Below, piece by piece: positions 9,141 through 18,676 of a stretch of DNA of 43,379 nt. The stretch is from positions 23,102 through 66,480 of the forward strand of contig MFJA01000011.1 in NCBI GenBank assembly GCA_001779055.1, written 5' to 3'. The notes below the pieces were generated by a model. The model saw only the letters and a program-made list of their open reading frames with translations, was not told the origin of the DNA and did no database searches. The position numbers and the translations under genes were made by a program. The DNA comes from Candidatus Gottesmanbacteria bacterium RBG_16_37_8 (lineage in GTDB: Bacteria; Patescibacteriota; Microgenomatia; 2-02-FULL-39-11). Each line of letters starts with the position of its first letter. Within the stretch, counting starts at the first letter, position 1.

Positions 9141-9596
9141 ATGAATAAAAAATTTTTGATTATCATTCTTCTTATAACCGTTATTATTATGGCTGGTGTC
9201 TCCTTTTTCAAAAGCAAGTCTCAAAAACCAATTTCCAAAATATCTCCGCTTAACATCAATAATAGTTCAAAACTTCCTCCTGAAGTTGAGTCAGCTATTC
9301 AATCTGAAGGAATTTATCAGGAAACTTTCAATGTTAATTATTCAGATAAGGGATTTACTCCCCAAGAAGTTACTATCAAACTTGGTTCGGCAGTTACCTG
9401 GACTAATAATTCTAAAAAAAGTATGTATGTTGCCTCCAACGATCATCCCAGTCACGATCTCTATCCGCAGTTTGACCAATTAAGTGCTGTTGGTAATAGC
9501 GGTCAATATTCATTCGTTTTTGATAAAGTTGGCAGTTGGGGATATCATAACCACGCATCCCCTTCTGATACCGCTAGGGTAATTGTTACAGAATAA
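9141..9596 (+). CDS. membrane-anchored cupredoxin-like domain protein
   Basis: N-terminal TM segment. C-terminal pattern FTPQEVTIKLGSAVTWTNNS...HPSH...GSWGYHNHASP...ARVIV, reminiscent of plastocyanin/EfeO-type cupredoxin folds. Confidence 0.45.
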   Translation: MNKKFLIIILLITVIIMAGVSFFKSKSQKPISKISPLNINNSSKLPPEVESAIQSEGIYQETFNVNYSDKGFTPQEVTIKLGSAVTWTNNSKKSMYVASNDHPSHDLYPQFDQLSAVGNSGQYSFVFDKVGSWGYHNHASPSDTARVIVTE

Positions 9597-9603
9597 CAGG
9601 ATT

Positions 9604-11862
9604 TTACTGGGAGATTTTAACTGCTTCTGTTGGCAGCTTTTGGCAGGGATTTTCAGTTATTGTTCCTTCAATGAAGTACTCATCCCTTTGGTTGCATTTA
9701 ATAGTTATTAAACCGGGCGGTTTAATAAAAGGGGTAAAGGCCTTATCTTTTGATAATAACTCCATGATTTCCCGCCACATGGGTGCTGCTCCGGTCACAC
9801 CAGATGTCAGTCGGGGATTCATCGGGCTGTTGTCATTGTTACCAACCCAAACTGTCACCACCAAGTCAGGAGTATAACCAATGGTCCAATTGTCGCGTTT
9901 ATTATCACTGGTTCCTGTTTTAACAGCTATAGTTTTTCCCGGAATATTTAATAGTGAATTTCTGCCAAAAGCCGGAGTTCTTGCTTCATTGTCAGATAAG
10001 ATGCTGCTTAAAATATAGGCCACAGTTTCAGGGATAGTTCTTGTCGGTTTTTCAGTATTAGGTAAAGGAATATTTTTTCCGTTTAAGTCAGTAATTTTAA
10101 TAAAAGGAGTCAGATTTTGTCTAATTCCTCCATTGGCAAGTGTTCCGTAGACTTCAGCCATATCTATCATCGTTACTTCACCTCCGCCTAGAGTTAAAGA
10201 CAATCCAAAACGTTGTTCGTCAGACCAGCTGTCAATGCCCATTTTTTTTCCGGTCTCTATCATTTTTTTAACTCCTATTGAATTTAAGACTTTAACAGCA
10301 GGAACATTATATGATGATGCCAGAGCAGTTCTTAAAGTTACCCGTCCATGGAATTTTCCGTCGTAATTAACCGGTCTATAGGCAGGTTGTCCGGCTATCA
10401 TAAAACTGACAGGTGAATCATTAATAATTGATGCAGGAGTATATCCCTTTTGCAGAGCTGCTGCATAATTGACAACTTTGATAGATGATCCGGGTTGTCT
10501 CAAAGATAAAACTACATTAACATTGCCGTCATTATCTTTATTAAAATAATCTGCTGATCCGACCATGGCTAAAATCTCTCCGTTATTTGGCTGAGTTATT
10601 AAAGTAGCTCCATTACTGACAGCCAGGTCTTTAAGATTTTCAATTTCCGAACTCACGATTTTTTGTACTTGCTCCTGCAAATTCAGATCCAATGTCGTAT
10701 AAACTCTTAATCCTCCTGTCTCAGTTAATCTTGGTCCGTAATATTTATTGAGGATTTCCCTGATGTACATTACAAAATGCGGTGCCGCTATCGGCATCCT
10801 TGGTTTGATAAAATTAAACGGATAGGATATTGCCTGAGTATATTCATAATTACTGATAAAACCCTCATTAAGCATTCTTTTTAAAACTTCCTCCTGTCTT
10901 TTTTTATAATTATTATCCTTATTGCCGAATGGTTGGTATTTTGATGGGTTTGCCGGCAGACCTGCTAAAAAGGAAGCTTCAGCTAAATTCAATTCTGATG
11001 TTTTTTTATTAAAATAAGTCTTTGAAGCTGCCTCAATACCCCAGGCTGTCCCTCCGTAAGGCACCTGATTAAAATACATTTCCAGGATTTGATTTTTACT
11101 GTAAATTTGTTCAGCCCGAATTGATAATATTATCTCTTTTAATTTCCGTAAGATTGTTTTCTCCGGATTTAAATAAGTGCTCCTGATAAGCTGTTGGGTA
11201 ATCGTTGAGCCTCCTTCCAGTGAATCGGAAGTCAAATTATGAATTATTGCTCTTCCTATTCCTCGAAGAGATACTCCGTTATGCAAATAAAATTCCTGAT
11301 CCTCTATAGCTATAGTAGCTTCAATAACCTGTTTGGGAATTTCTGAAAGTGTAATGGGTGTTCTGTCATATCCTTCATAAATTTCATAAAGTAAGATTTC
11401 GTTGCGGTCGAATATTTTTGTGGTAGCTGGAAAACCTGCCAGTTTTATTTGTTGAGGATTAGGAAGGCTTGCAACAAAAGAATTGATCTGATAATAAATT
11501 ACAATTACACCCAAAAATAATATCCCCAGTAGAAAATATCTCGCTTTGATAAAAGCAAAGCGTAATCTTTTTCTTAATGCTCGATTTTTCTTTTTTTTAT
11601 TCTGTAATAATTCTTTAACTTTTGCCTCAGGCAGGGATTTTCTGCCAAGGGTGCTCTCAAGTCTGGAAAGAATATTAAAAGGCCAAATAAAAATTCGCCG
11701 GGGTAGTAGTAATATTTCTTTTAATAAAAATAAAAATAATTTATAGGTCTTCCAAATAGCTGAAAAAATATAAACTGCAGTGGTAATCAGCAATTCCCCG
11801 ATCAGTTTAAGGATATATAGGGGGATAATAATAAGATTAACTAACCCGTCTAACCTGCTCAT
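9604..11862 (-). CDS. class A penicillin-binding protein (PBP1A family: glycosyltransferase plus transpeptidase)
   Basis: GT51 motifs EDQEFYLHNGV, GGSTITQQL and RKLKE. Transpeptidase motifs QPGSSIK (SxxK) and KTGTS. It has a long N-terminal multi-TM extension. Confidence 0.9.
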   Translation of the reverse strand: MSRLDGLVNLIIIPLYILKLIGELLITTAVYIFSAIWKTYKLFLFLLKEILLLPRRIFIWPFNILSRLESTLGRKSLPEAKVKELLQNKKKKNRALRKRLRFAFIKARYFLLGILFLGVIVIYYQINSFVASLPNPQQIKLAGFPATTKIFDRNEILLYEIYEGYDRTPITLSEIPKQVIEATIAIEDQEFYLHNGVSLRGIGRAIIHNLTSDSLEGGSTITQQLIRSTYLNPEKTILRKLKEIILSIRAEQIYSKNQILEMYFNQVPYGGTAWGIEAASKTYFNKKTSELNLAEASFLAGLPANPSKYQPFGNKDNNYKKRQEEVLKRMLNEGFISNYEYTQAISYPFNFIKPRMPIAAPHFVMYIREILNKYYGPRLTETGGLRVYTTLDLNLQEQVQKIVSSEIENLKDLAVSNGATLITQPNNGEILAMVGSADYFNKDNDGNVNVVLSLRQPGSSIKVVNYAAALQKGYTPASIINDSPVSFMIAGQPAYRPVNYDGKFHGRVTLRTALASSYNVPAVKVLNSIGVKKMIETGKKMGIDSWSDEQRFGLSLTLGGGEVTMIDMAEVYGTLANGGIRQNLTPFIKITDLNGKNIPLPNTEKPTRTIPETVAYILSSILSDNEARTPAFGRNSLLNIPGKTIAVKTGTSDNKRDNWTIGYTPDLVVTVWVGNNDNSPMNPRLTSGVTGAAPMWREIMELLSKDKAFTPFIKPPGLITIKCNQRDEYFIEGTITENPCQKLPTEAVKISQ

Positions 11863-11922
11863 CTGCAGGAATATAGCATATTTATTTAGGCTGTGTAAAG
11901 AGAAAAATTATTCTTTGGAGCC

Positions 11923-12303
11923 CTACTGTCTAATAGGATAAAGTTCCAGGTTTTTAATCCGCTTGAAAGCTTTTTGATCCAAAGTCGCAAGAGGAAGGTT
12001 TAACTTAAGAGCCAAAGAGGCAACTAATGCATCGGTAATACTAAGCTGATGCTTATGACGTATTTCTCCGGCTCTGACAGCATCTTCCATATCAGGAATT
12101 CTTATCTCAATTCCTCCTAAAAGATAGTTTAATTTTTCTTTTCCGGTTTTAGTTTGTGCACTATTTCCCGAGAAAAGTTCGGCAACAGTGATTAAAGAAA
12201 TGGTTAAATTATTTTCCATATTTAATTGGTAAAAAATGCTTTTTTCAGGAAGTTTAGATCTTAAAAAATCAATAAGGATAGAAGTGTCGGCTACGACTTT
12301 CAT
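11923..12303 (-). CDS. vapC: PIN-domain toxin (VapC-like)
   Basis: 126 aa. Begins MKVVADTSILIDFL (PIN Asp) and also carries ...SITDALVASLA... It lies directly downstream of an AbrB-type antitoxin. Confidence 0.8.
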   Translation of the reverse strand: MKVVADTSILIDFLRSKLPEKSIFYQLNMENNLTISLITVAELFSGNSAQTKTGKEKLNYLLGGIEIRIPDMEDAVRAGEIRHKHQLSITDALVASLALKLNLPLATLDQKAFKRIKNLELYPIRQ

Positions 12304-12312
12304 AATATAAAG

Positions 12313-12618
12313 TTACCAGTTCCAATTTCTCTCTCTCTTCTTCATTTTGGTTCTTTCAGCTTCATCTTGTTTGCTCCATAAATCACCCTTGAACCTTCTT
12401 AAAAGCTCAAGATATTTTTCTTTAACAATTTTAGGTTTTATTACGGATGAAGAGAGATCGCCGATCATTTTTTTTAAAGGGATAATCACGACTCTGTCTC
12501 CTTCAAGAGTTACATTCAGAAGGGTATCTTTGGAAATTCCCAGTTTCTGCCTGAATTTCATAGGTAGGGTAATCTGGCCTCTTTCCATCGGTTTAACGAT
12601 AACATCCAGCATATTCAT
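12313..12618 (-). CDS. vapB: AbrB/MazE/SpoVT-type antitoxin (VapB-like)
   Basis: ERGQITLPMKFRQKLGISKDTLLNVTLEGDRVVIIP is a typical SpoVT-AbrB swapped-hairpin motif. It lies 9 nt upstream of the PIN gene. Confidence 0.75.
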   Translation of the reverse strand: MNMLDVIVKPMERGQITLPMKFRQKLGISKDTLLNVTLEGDRVVIIPLKKMIGDLSSSVIKPKIVKEKYLELLRRFKGDLWSKQDEAERTKMKKRERNWNW

Positions 12619-12624
12619 AATTTC

Positions 12625-12652
12625 ATATTACCATGATTTTCATATTTATCAA
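12625..12652 (-). promoter_or_regulatory. promoter of the vapBC module, probably giving a leaderless mRNA
   Basis: The minus strand reads TTGATA(12652..12647)-16 nt-TAATAT(12630..12625)-6 nt-ATG(12618). Confidence 0.4.
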
Positions 12653-12685
12653 TATTCCGCTCTCTTAGCTGCGTCTAAGTCTTAA

Positions 12686-14947
12686 TTACAGTCTCACATT
12701 GGTTACCGGTTCTCCGCCTTCATGAGTGCAATCCAAACAGAAGTCTCCGAACATATCAGAAACGATTTGTTTTTCCTGCTGTTCTACATTTTCAGGTTGG
12801 GTCGGACTGGCCAGTTTATTAATTGTTTTATCAACAGGAACGGATTTCTTTAAAACTTCCGCTTCTTTGGGCACGGTTCCGGCGATAAAGTACTCATAGC
12901 GGGTAGCGCATCCGCGGTCGTTAGCATTCGCATCATTATTGGGTGGCGCTTTACCTGATAGCGAACAAACATGTGCCCCGATAATACCTGCCGGCTGTTT
13001 GGGCCACAAATCCGGCTGGTTTTTTATAATTTCTTTCATAATTGTATTCCAGATTGGAGCAGCCCCGGTGACACCTGATGTCAGATAGGGATGCATCGGA
13101 CTGTTATCATTGTTGCCAACCCAAACTGCTGCCAGAAAGTTAGGAGTATACCCAATTGTCCAATTATCACGTTTGTCATCGGTTGTACCCGTTTTAACCG
13201 AAACGGCTTTATTGGCAAGATAAAGTAGTGATGAAGTTCCAAACATATTCGAACGCGCGTTATTATCAAGCAGGATATGGGAAATAAGAAATGAGGTTTC
13301 CGAAGATAGTACTCTTTCTCCGGGGATTAAAAGTGATGACGGATAATTGAGTTTACTTATTATATCCAAAATAAAATTTGGGTCCTGAAATTCTTCTAAA
13401 ATTTTTCCCTGGGCATTTTCAACTTTCAGGATGGAAGTTAACTCTCTTTTAATTCCGGTATTGGCAAAAACTCCAAATGCCTTGGCCATGTCAAGCATGG
13501 TTACTTCACCTCCGCCCAGAGTCAGCGAAAGTCCGTATCTTGAAGGATCTTTAAAAGAGGAGATACCGTAAGCTGAAGCAGAAGCGATCACCGTTTCTAC
13601 ACTGTTGACAGCCATCATTTTAACAGCCGGTATATTAAAGGAATTCCCTAAAGCAAATCTTAACTGAACCGGTCCGTGAAATTTTCCGTCATAATTAACC
13701 GGACAATAAGCTCTTTGACCCGGTACCATAAAACAGGTTGGAGTATCCAGATATAGAGTTGCGGGAGTTACTTTTTTCGTTTCCAATCCTACAGCATAAT
13801 TAAGGGGTTTTATTGCTGATCCCGGTTGCCTGAGAGATGTGGTTACATTGAAATTCCCGGAATCTGTGGCAAAATAATCTTTTGACCCAACCATTGCCAG
13901 AATTTCTCCCGTGGGGGGTCTGATAACAACTGCTGCACCGTTTGACACTTTTAATTTTTCCAAATCTGCTACTTCCGAAGCAACAGCCTGTTGGGCCATT
14001 TCCTGAAGTGATATATCCAGAGTAGTAGTAACCTTAAGACCTCCCTGGGCAACCATTTTTTCACCGTATTTCTCAACCAGTTTTTCCCGTGTATACATCA
14101 CAAAATGGGGAGCTTTGATATCAATTTTGGCCGGTTTTAGTCTAAGTTCCTGCTGCAAAGCTTTGTCTTTTTCATCTGTCGTTATATAAGAGTCCTCTAC
14201 CATTCTTTCCAAAACCGCAATCTGTCTTCTCTTGGCTCTTTCCGGATGTGATCCGTAAGGAGAGTAGGTGGTTGGTGCTGCCGGAAGTCCTGCTAAATAG
14301 GCAGATTCAGCCAGAGTTAAATCTTTAGCTTTTTTATTAAAATAAGTCTCCGCCGCTGCCTCAATTCCCCAGGCTGTCCCTCCGTAAGGTACCTGATTTA
14401 AATACATTTCCAGAATCTGGTCTTTGCTGTAAATAATCTCACTCCAGGTTGCCAGTATCATCTCTTTAATTTTTCGGCTGATAGTCCTCTCACTTGTTAA
14501 CAGGACATTTTTAACCAGTTGTTGGGTTATGGTAGAACCTCCCTGAAGTTTTTGTTTTAAAACCGTTTCTTTAATTGCCCGCAGTATTCCTCCGATAGGA
14601 TTAACTCCTTTATGCTTATAAAAATCTTTATCTTCAATTGCCACAGTTGCTTTTTTAATAGAATCAGGCAGATCTTTTAGGGCAACTATTGTTCTGTTTT
14701 GTTCGGTATATATTTCATATAAAAGTATGCCGTTCCGATCCAAGATTTTTGTTGTTTGCGGAATTTCAGTTGATTTTAATCTGGATGGCAAAGGTAAGTC
14801 TTTTAAAATAACAATATAAAAATAAATTATGGTCAAAATAGGAATAAAAAAAAGGGTGAAAATTTTAAATTTCCCCGATAATATCCGGGTTTTATTGAAA
14901 GTCTTTATTTCTTGGCTATTTTCAACTTGTTGTGGAGAACTATTCAT
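12686..14947 (-). CDS. class A penicillin-binding protein (PBP1A family), paralog of 9604..11862
   Basis: Motifs EDKDFYKHKGV, GGSTITQQL, QPGSAIK and KTGTT. The C-terminal extension contains Cys residues. One stretch is about 87 percent identical in nucleotide sequence to the other PBP gene (11002..11106 versus 14330..14434, compared by eye). Confidence 0.9.
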   Translation of the reverse strand: MNSSPQQVENSQEIKTFNKTRILSGKFKIFTLFFIPILTIIYFYIVILKDLPLPSRLKSTEIPQTTKILDRNGILLYEIYTEQNRTIVALKDLPDSIKKATVAIEDKDFYKHKGVNPIGGILRAIKETVLKQKLQGGSTITQQLVKNVLLTSERTISRKIKEMILATWSEIIYSKDQILEMYLNQVPYGGTAWGIEAAAETYFNKKAKDLTLAESAYLAGLPAAPTTYSPYGSHPERAKRRQIAVLERMVEDSYITTDEKDKALQQELRLKPAKIDIKAPHFVMYTREKLVEKYGEKMVAQGGLKVTTTLDISLQEMAQQAVASEVADLEKLKVSNGAAVVIRPPTGEILAMVGSKDYFATDSGNFNVTTSLRQPGSAIKPLNYAVGLETKKVTPATLYLDTPTCFMVPGQRAYCPVNYDGKFHGPVQLRFALGNSFNIPAVKMMAVNSVETVIASASAYGISSFKDPSRYGLSLTLGGGEVTMLDMAKAFGVFANTGIKRELTSILKVENAQGKILEEFQDPNFILDIISKLNYPSSLLIPGERVLSSETSFLISHILLDNNARSNMFGTSSLLYLANKAVSVKTGTTDDKRDNWTIGYTPNFLAAVWVGNNDNSPMHPYLTSGVTGAAPIWNTIMKEIIKNQPDLWPKQPAGIIGAHVCSLSGKAPPNNDANANDRGCATRYEYFIAGTVPKEAEVLKKSVPVDKTINKLASPTQPENVEQQEKQIVSDMFGDFCLDCTHEGGEPVTNVRL

Positions 14948-15032
14948 TTAAAAAAGTGATTTACTATTATAGCAAAGCCCATTATATTTTACCGTTTTTA
15001 ACTGCAACTTTACTGAGAATTGTAACTTGGTG

Positions 15033-15041
15033 TGATAAAAT
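15033..15041 (+). promoter_or_regulatory. extended -10 (TGATAAAAT) upstream of the cvpA-CAP gene
   Basis: TGaTAAAAT at 15033..15041, 10 nt before the ATG at 15052. Confidence 0.25.
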
Positions 15042-15051
15042 ATAGATCTTT

Positions 15052-16068
15052 ATGAACGCGGAGTTTTTCCAGGGTAATTGGCTGGATTTAATTATTCTTA
15101 TTACTTTTGCAATTTACCTGTTATCAGGTTGGGGAAGAGGTTTCTTTTTAGGAACACTTGATCTATTGGGCTTTTTATTTTCCTTTGTTTTTGCCTTAAA
15201 GTTATATGCTCAGGCGGGACTGCTTCTTAGAAATAATTTTGGCTTAACCAGAGGCATTGCCAATGCTTTGGGATTTTTCATCGCCGGTATATTGTCTGAA
15301 TTTATCTATTCTTTTGCAGTAAATTTTTCTGTAAATAAATTTTACTCAAAAGTGAGCGTTTTGCTTAATAATAAGAAGAGATTAAATTTGCTTAAAACAG
15401 TCGACAGCTGGTTGGGATTCATCCCTGCCATAGGAGAAGCAGTCATCTTTACTGCCTTTATTTTAACTCTACTGGTAACCTTGCCGATCCAGGGAAGAAT
15501 TAAAAAAGATATTGTTTCTTCCCGTATCGGAGGATTACTAGTTAAATCCACCCAAGGAATTGAAAACCAGTTAAATACAGTCTTTGGTGAAGCAGTCAAT
15601 GAAACTCTGACCTTTCTGACTATTAACTCCAGTCCGACATCCGCTGAGTCAATCGATCTTGGATTTATATATAAAGAAGGAAAAGTTGATACAGCTGCGG
15701 AAAATTCCATGTTAACACTGGTCAATATCGAAAGGCAAAAAAATAACCTGTCTCTTCTTCAATCATCAGCTGAATTGCAGGAACTGGCCAGAAATTATGC
15801 CCGTGATCTGTTTGGAGGAGGATATTTCTCTCATTATAATCCTGAAGGTGAATCTCCTTTCGACCGGATGAAAATAAATAATATATCCTTTTTGGCAGCC
15901 GGAGAAAATCTGGCTCTTGCACCTAATGTTGTCCTGGCTCACCAGGGTTTAATGAACTCATCAGGTCACCGGGCTAATATACTTTCAGCTGATTTTAATA
16001 AAGTCGGAATTGGCGTTATTGACGGCGGCATCTATGGACTTCTCTTTGTCCAGGAGTTTACCAACTGA
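15052..16068 (+). CDS. CvpA-family membrane domain fused to a CAP/SCP (YkwD-like) extracellular domain
   Basis: The N-terminal half has 4 TM segments and begins NWLDLIILITFAIYLLSGWGRGF (CvpA-like). The C-terminal half carries LARNYARDL...YFSHYNPEG.SPFDRM...GENLA...HQGLMNSSGHRANIL...VGIGV (CAP/PR-1 signature). Confidence 0.7.
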   Translation: MNAEFFQGNWLDLIILITFAIYLLSGWGRGFFLGTLDLLGFLFSFVFALKLYAQAGLLLRNNFGLTRGIANALGFFIAGILSEFIYSFAVNFSVNKFYSKVSVLLNNKKRLNLLKTVDSWLGFIPAIGEAVIFTAFILTLLVTLPIQGRIKKDIVSSRIGGLLVKSTQGIENQLNTVFGEAVNETLTFLTINSSPTSAESIDLGFIYKEGKVDTAAENSMLTLVNIERQKNNLSLLQSSAELQELARNYARDLFGGGYFSHYNPEGESPFDRMKINNISFLAAGENLALAPNVVLAHQGLMNSSGHRANILSADFNKVGIGVIDGGIYGLLFVQEFTN

Positions 16069-16991
16069 TGAATAATCTTCCCTTCCCTTACTTACAAAAT
16101 GTTTCTCTTTCCCAGCTGTCAACTTTTGCTATCGGTGGATTGGCTAAAAAATATATTCCGCTAGCAACAATTCCTGATTTAGTCAAAGTCTTAAATTATC
16201 TTTGGCAAAACAGTCTTCCTTTCCAAATATTTTCCGGAGGCAGCAATATAGTTTTCCCGGATCAAGGTCTTGATGAAATCCTGATTCATTTAAAGGATGG
16301 AACTCTGGAGGTTAGAGATAATCTGCTGACAGCCGATAGCGGAGTTAAATTATCGCAGGTTATAAATTTTGCCATAAAAAACGGTTTATCTGGTTTGGAA
16401 AATCTGTCAGGAATTCCCGGAAGTACTGGCGGAGCAGTAGTTGGTAATGCCGGAGCTTATGGCTCATCCGTATCTGATGTAATACAAGAGGTAAATATTT
16501 GGGATAAAGGCAGAGTTTACTGGATAAATAAAAAAGATTGTTATTTTACTTATCGTGAGAGTATTTTTAAGAAAAAAAAGCGGGTTATCCTAAAAGTCAA
16601 ACTCCGTTTTAAAAAGGGAAATAAAAATAATCTGTTATCAATTTCCCGTCAAATAATTAATAAGCGAAGAGTAAAATATAAAGAAGGATTGAGGTGTCCC
16701 GGTAGTTTCTTTAAAAATATATTAGTTACTGATCTGTTTCCATCGGTTTTAGAAAAAATTGACTCCTCAAAAATTGTCTTCGGAAAAATTCCTGCCGGTA
16801 TCTTGCTGGAAAGTGTCGGTGCCAAAGGCATGAAAATTGGCGAAATAGAAATTGCCTCTTTCCACGGTAATTTATTTATTAATAATGGTCAGGGGACTGC
16901 CGCTGATGTCAAAAAATTAGCTGAAATCTTAAAAAAGAAAGTCTATCAAAAATTTGGAATTTTGTTGGAGGAGGAGATAAGATACTTTTGA
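16068..16991 (+). CDS. murB: UDP-N-acetylenolpyruvoylglucosamine reductase
   Basis: Motifs LSTFAIGGLAK, GGSNIVF, SGIPGSTGGAVVGNAGAYG and GSFFKN. The start overlaps the upstream stop (TGATG). Confidence 0.9.
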   Translation: MNNLPFPYLQNVSLSQLSTFAIGGLAKKYIPLATIPDLVKVLNYLWQNSLPFQIFSGGSNIVFPDQGLDEILIHLKDGTLEVRDNLLTADSGVKLSQVINFAIKNGLSGLENLSGIPGSTGGAVVGNAGAYGSSVSDVIQEVNIWDKGRVYWINKKDCYFTYRESIFKKKKRVILKVKLRFKKGNKNNLLSISRQIINKRRVKYKEGLRCPGSFFKNILVTDLFPSVLEKIDSSKIVFGKIPAGILLESVGAKGMKIGEIEIASFHGNLFINNGQGTAADVKKLAEILKKKVYQKFGILLEEEIRYF

Positions 16992-17000
16992 AAATTTTCT

Positions 17001-17867
17001 TTACAGTTCTTCCAGTTTTATGCTGTCGCTTGTTTTCTCTTTTATAAGGTCCAAATATTTTTCTGTTGTTGACAGTCTTTTATGTCCAACCAGTCTGCTT
17101 ATTACAGTCAGAGGGGTTCCCGCTGAAAGATGATGGGCAATAAATGTATGTCTCAAATCGTTAACTTTGGCATTTTCAATTCCGGCGATTCTGAAATAGC
17201 GGTCAATGGTTGTCCTGATATTCCTGACCAGAAGCGGTTTTCCTGTTTTAGTAACAAATAAAGCATTGTTAGTCGATTTTGGTTTTATAGCCAGCCATCT
17301 GTCAAGTGCCTCCCGGGCTGCCTTATTTAAAGGTACGCTTCTTTGAGGATGACTCTCCTGTGCTTCAATTATTAGTTCTTTATCTTTGACATTCTCCACT
17401 TTTATATTGGAAAGTTCACCAATGCGTATTCCTGTTTGAAGAAAAAGTTCCACAATAGAATAGGTTCTTACATCCCCCCGGCAGGCATCTCTTAATGCTC
17501 TGTATTCCATTTTTGACAAAATTCTTGGCGGTTTCACCGTGTATTTGGGATGGGTAATATCAGCTGCCGGATTGCTTGTTACTATATTATTATTCTTTAA
17601 AAAGCGGTAGAAAGTCTTTATTGAGTTGATTTTCCTCGAAAGAGATTTGAGGGTATAGCCGTCAGAAGTAAGTTTCTTTAAGAATGCATCCAGATCGTCT
17701 TTTTCGATGCTGTTTAGGTTTTTTTTACCCATATCGGACAAAAAAGCCATCAATTGCTCAATATCTTTGCTGTAGGCAACTATTGTTGCCGAGGCTCGGT
17801 GTGCCTCTTGCAGGTATGCTATAAACTGTTGCTGGGGACCTTTAAGCTGTTCATTGCCTAAATTCAT
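17001..17867 (-). CDS. tyrosine recombinase, XerC/XerD-like
   Basis: SAM-like N-terminal domain. C-terminal catalytic pattern ...GIRIGEL...LRHTFIAHHLSAGTPLTVISRLVGHKRLSTTEKY. The track start at 17909 is a TTG. The ATG at 17867 sits 7 nt downstream of a consensus promoter and is preferred. Confidence 0.85.
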   Translation of the reverse strand: MNLGNEQLKGPQQQFIAYLQEAHRASATIVAYSKDIEQLMAFLSDMGKKNLNSIEKDDLDAFLKKLTSDGYTLKSLSRKINSIKTFYRFLKNNNIVTSNPAADITHPKYTVKPPRILSKMEYRALRDACRGDVRTYSIVELFLQTGIRIGELSNIKVENVKDKELIIEAQESHPQRSVPLNKAAREALDRWLAIKPKSTNNALFVTKTGKPLLVRNIRTTIDRYFRIAGIENAKVNDLRHTFIAHHLSAGTPLTVISRLVGHKRLSTTEKYLDLIKEKTSDSIKLEEL

Positions 17868-17874
17868 AGGGCCT

Positions 17875-17903
17875 ATAATACAATTAAACAGGTTTCTTGT
17901 CAA
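17875..17903 (-). promoter_or_regulatory. near-consensus promoter of the recombinase gene (leaderless)
   Basis: The minus strand reads TTGACA(17903..17898)-17 nt-TATTAT(17880..17875)-7 nt-ATG(17867). Confidence 0.45.
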
Positions 17904-18003
17904 ATTCAATCACTTTGTTGTAGAATAAATAACCTCATCATGTTCGGCCTATATGTAAAGCGTCAAAATATCAATGTAGATTTATATATTCTCTCGGCCT
18001 AAC

Positions 18004-18534
18004 ATGAAAAAAATAATCCTGATTTTTCTCTTAATTTTGTTGACTTTAGCCTCATCTTCCGGTCAAGCTTCAGCCGTTCAACCGGCCACCCCGACTCCTG
18101 TTGATTATCGATTGCCTTACCCTGGCATTCTTCCGGATCACCCTTTATACCCTGTTAAGAGATTCAGAGACTTTCTGCTGCTCACTTTTAATCGTCATCC
18201 GCTAAAAAAAATTGACCTTTTTCTTCTATTATCTGATAAGAAAATCGGTATGTCAGAGCTGCTGCTTTCTAAAAGAAAAGTTAATTTAGCCGTTGATACA
18301 CTTCTCGAGAGTCAATTTGATCTTCTTAAAGCTGCCTTTTATTTGCCGGATCTTTCCAAAAATAATCTGCTGCCTACCGGTCTTTCGGACAAAATTGAGT
18401 TATCTGCTAAAAAACATCAGGAAATAATCGGGCAAATATCTGTGTCTATAACCGATCTTAAACAAAAGGAAAAAATTAACCAGGCACTTCAATTAATTAG
18501 TCAGGCAAATACTTTAACTCAATCGGTAAAGTAA
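18004..18534 (+). CDS. secreted protein of unknown function (DUF5667-like)
   Basis: Signal peptide MKKIILIFLLILLTLASSSGQASA. It is followed by LPYPGILPDHPLYPVKRFRDF, which resembles the LP.sP.Y..Kr motif of DUF5667 proteins. Confidence 0.5.
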   Translation: MKKIILIFLLILLTLASSSGQASAVQPATPTPVDYRLPYPGILPDHPLYPVKRFRDFLLLTFNRHPLKKIDLFLLLSDKKIGMSELLLSKRKVNLAVDTLLESQFDLLKAAFYLPDLSKNNLLPTGLSDKIELSAKKHQEIIGQISVSITDLKQKEKINQALQLISQANTLTQSVK

Positions 18535-18649
18535 TATTACTTATTATTGAGCAATTAATTACTTCTTCAAGATTTAGGGCAGGGGAAGGTTTAGTGTAAT
18601 AATCGAACTTTTCCCGCATTATTAATCTCTTCGAGGCTAAAAAATGAAC

Positions 18650-18676
18650 TGATATAATATGATATAATATGATATC
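18650..18676. repeat. 10-bp tandem repeat (TGATATAATA, about 2.7 copies) abutting the nrdR -35 element
   Basis: tgatataata tgatataata tgatatc. Each full unit contains a TATAAT hexamer, and the units are spaced one helical turn apart. Confidence 0.8.

Noticed and set aside
17001-17909. The tyrosine recombinase as a marker of a mobile element.
   Set aside because: There are no flanking repeats and no cargo. It sits between murB and a secreted-protein gene and looks like a housekeeping XerC/D-type enzyme.
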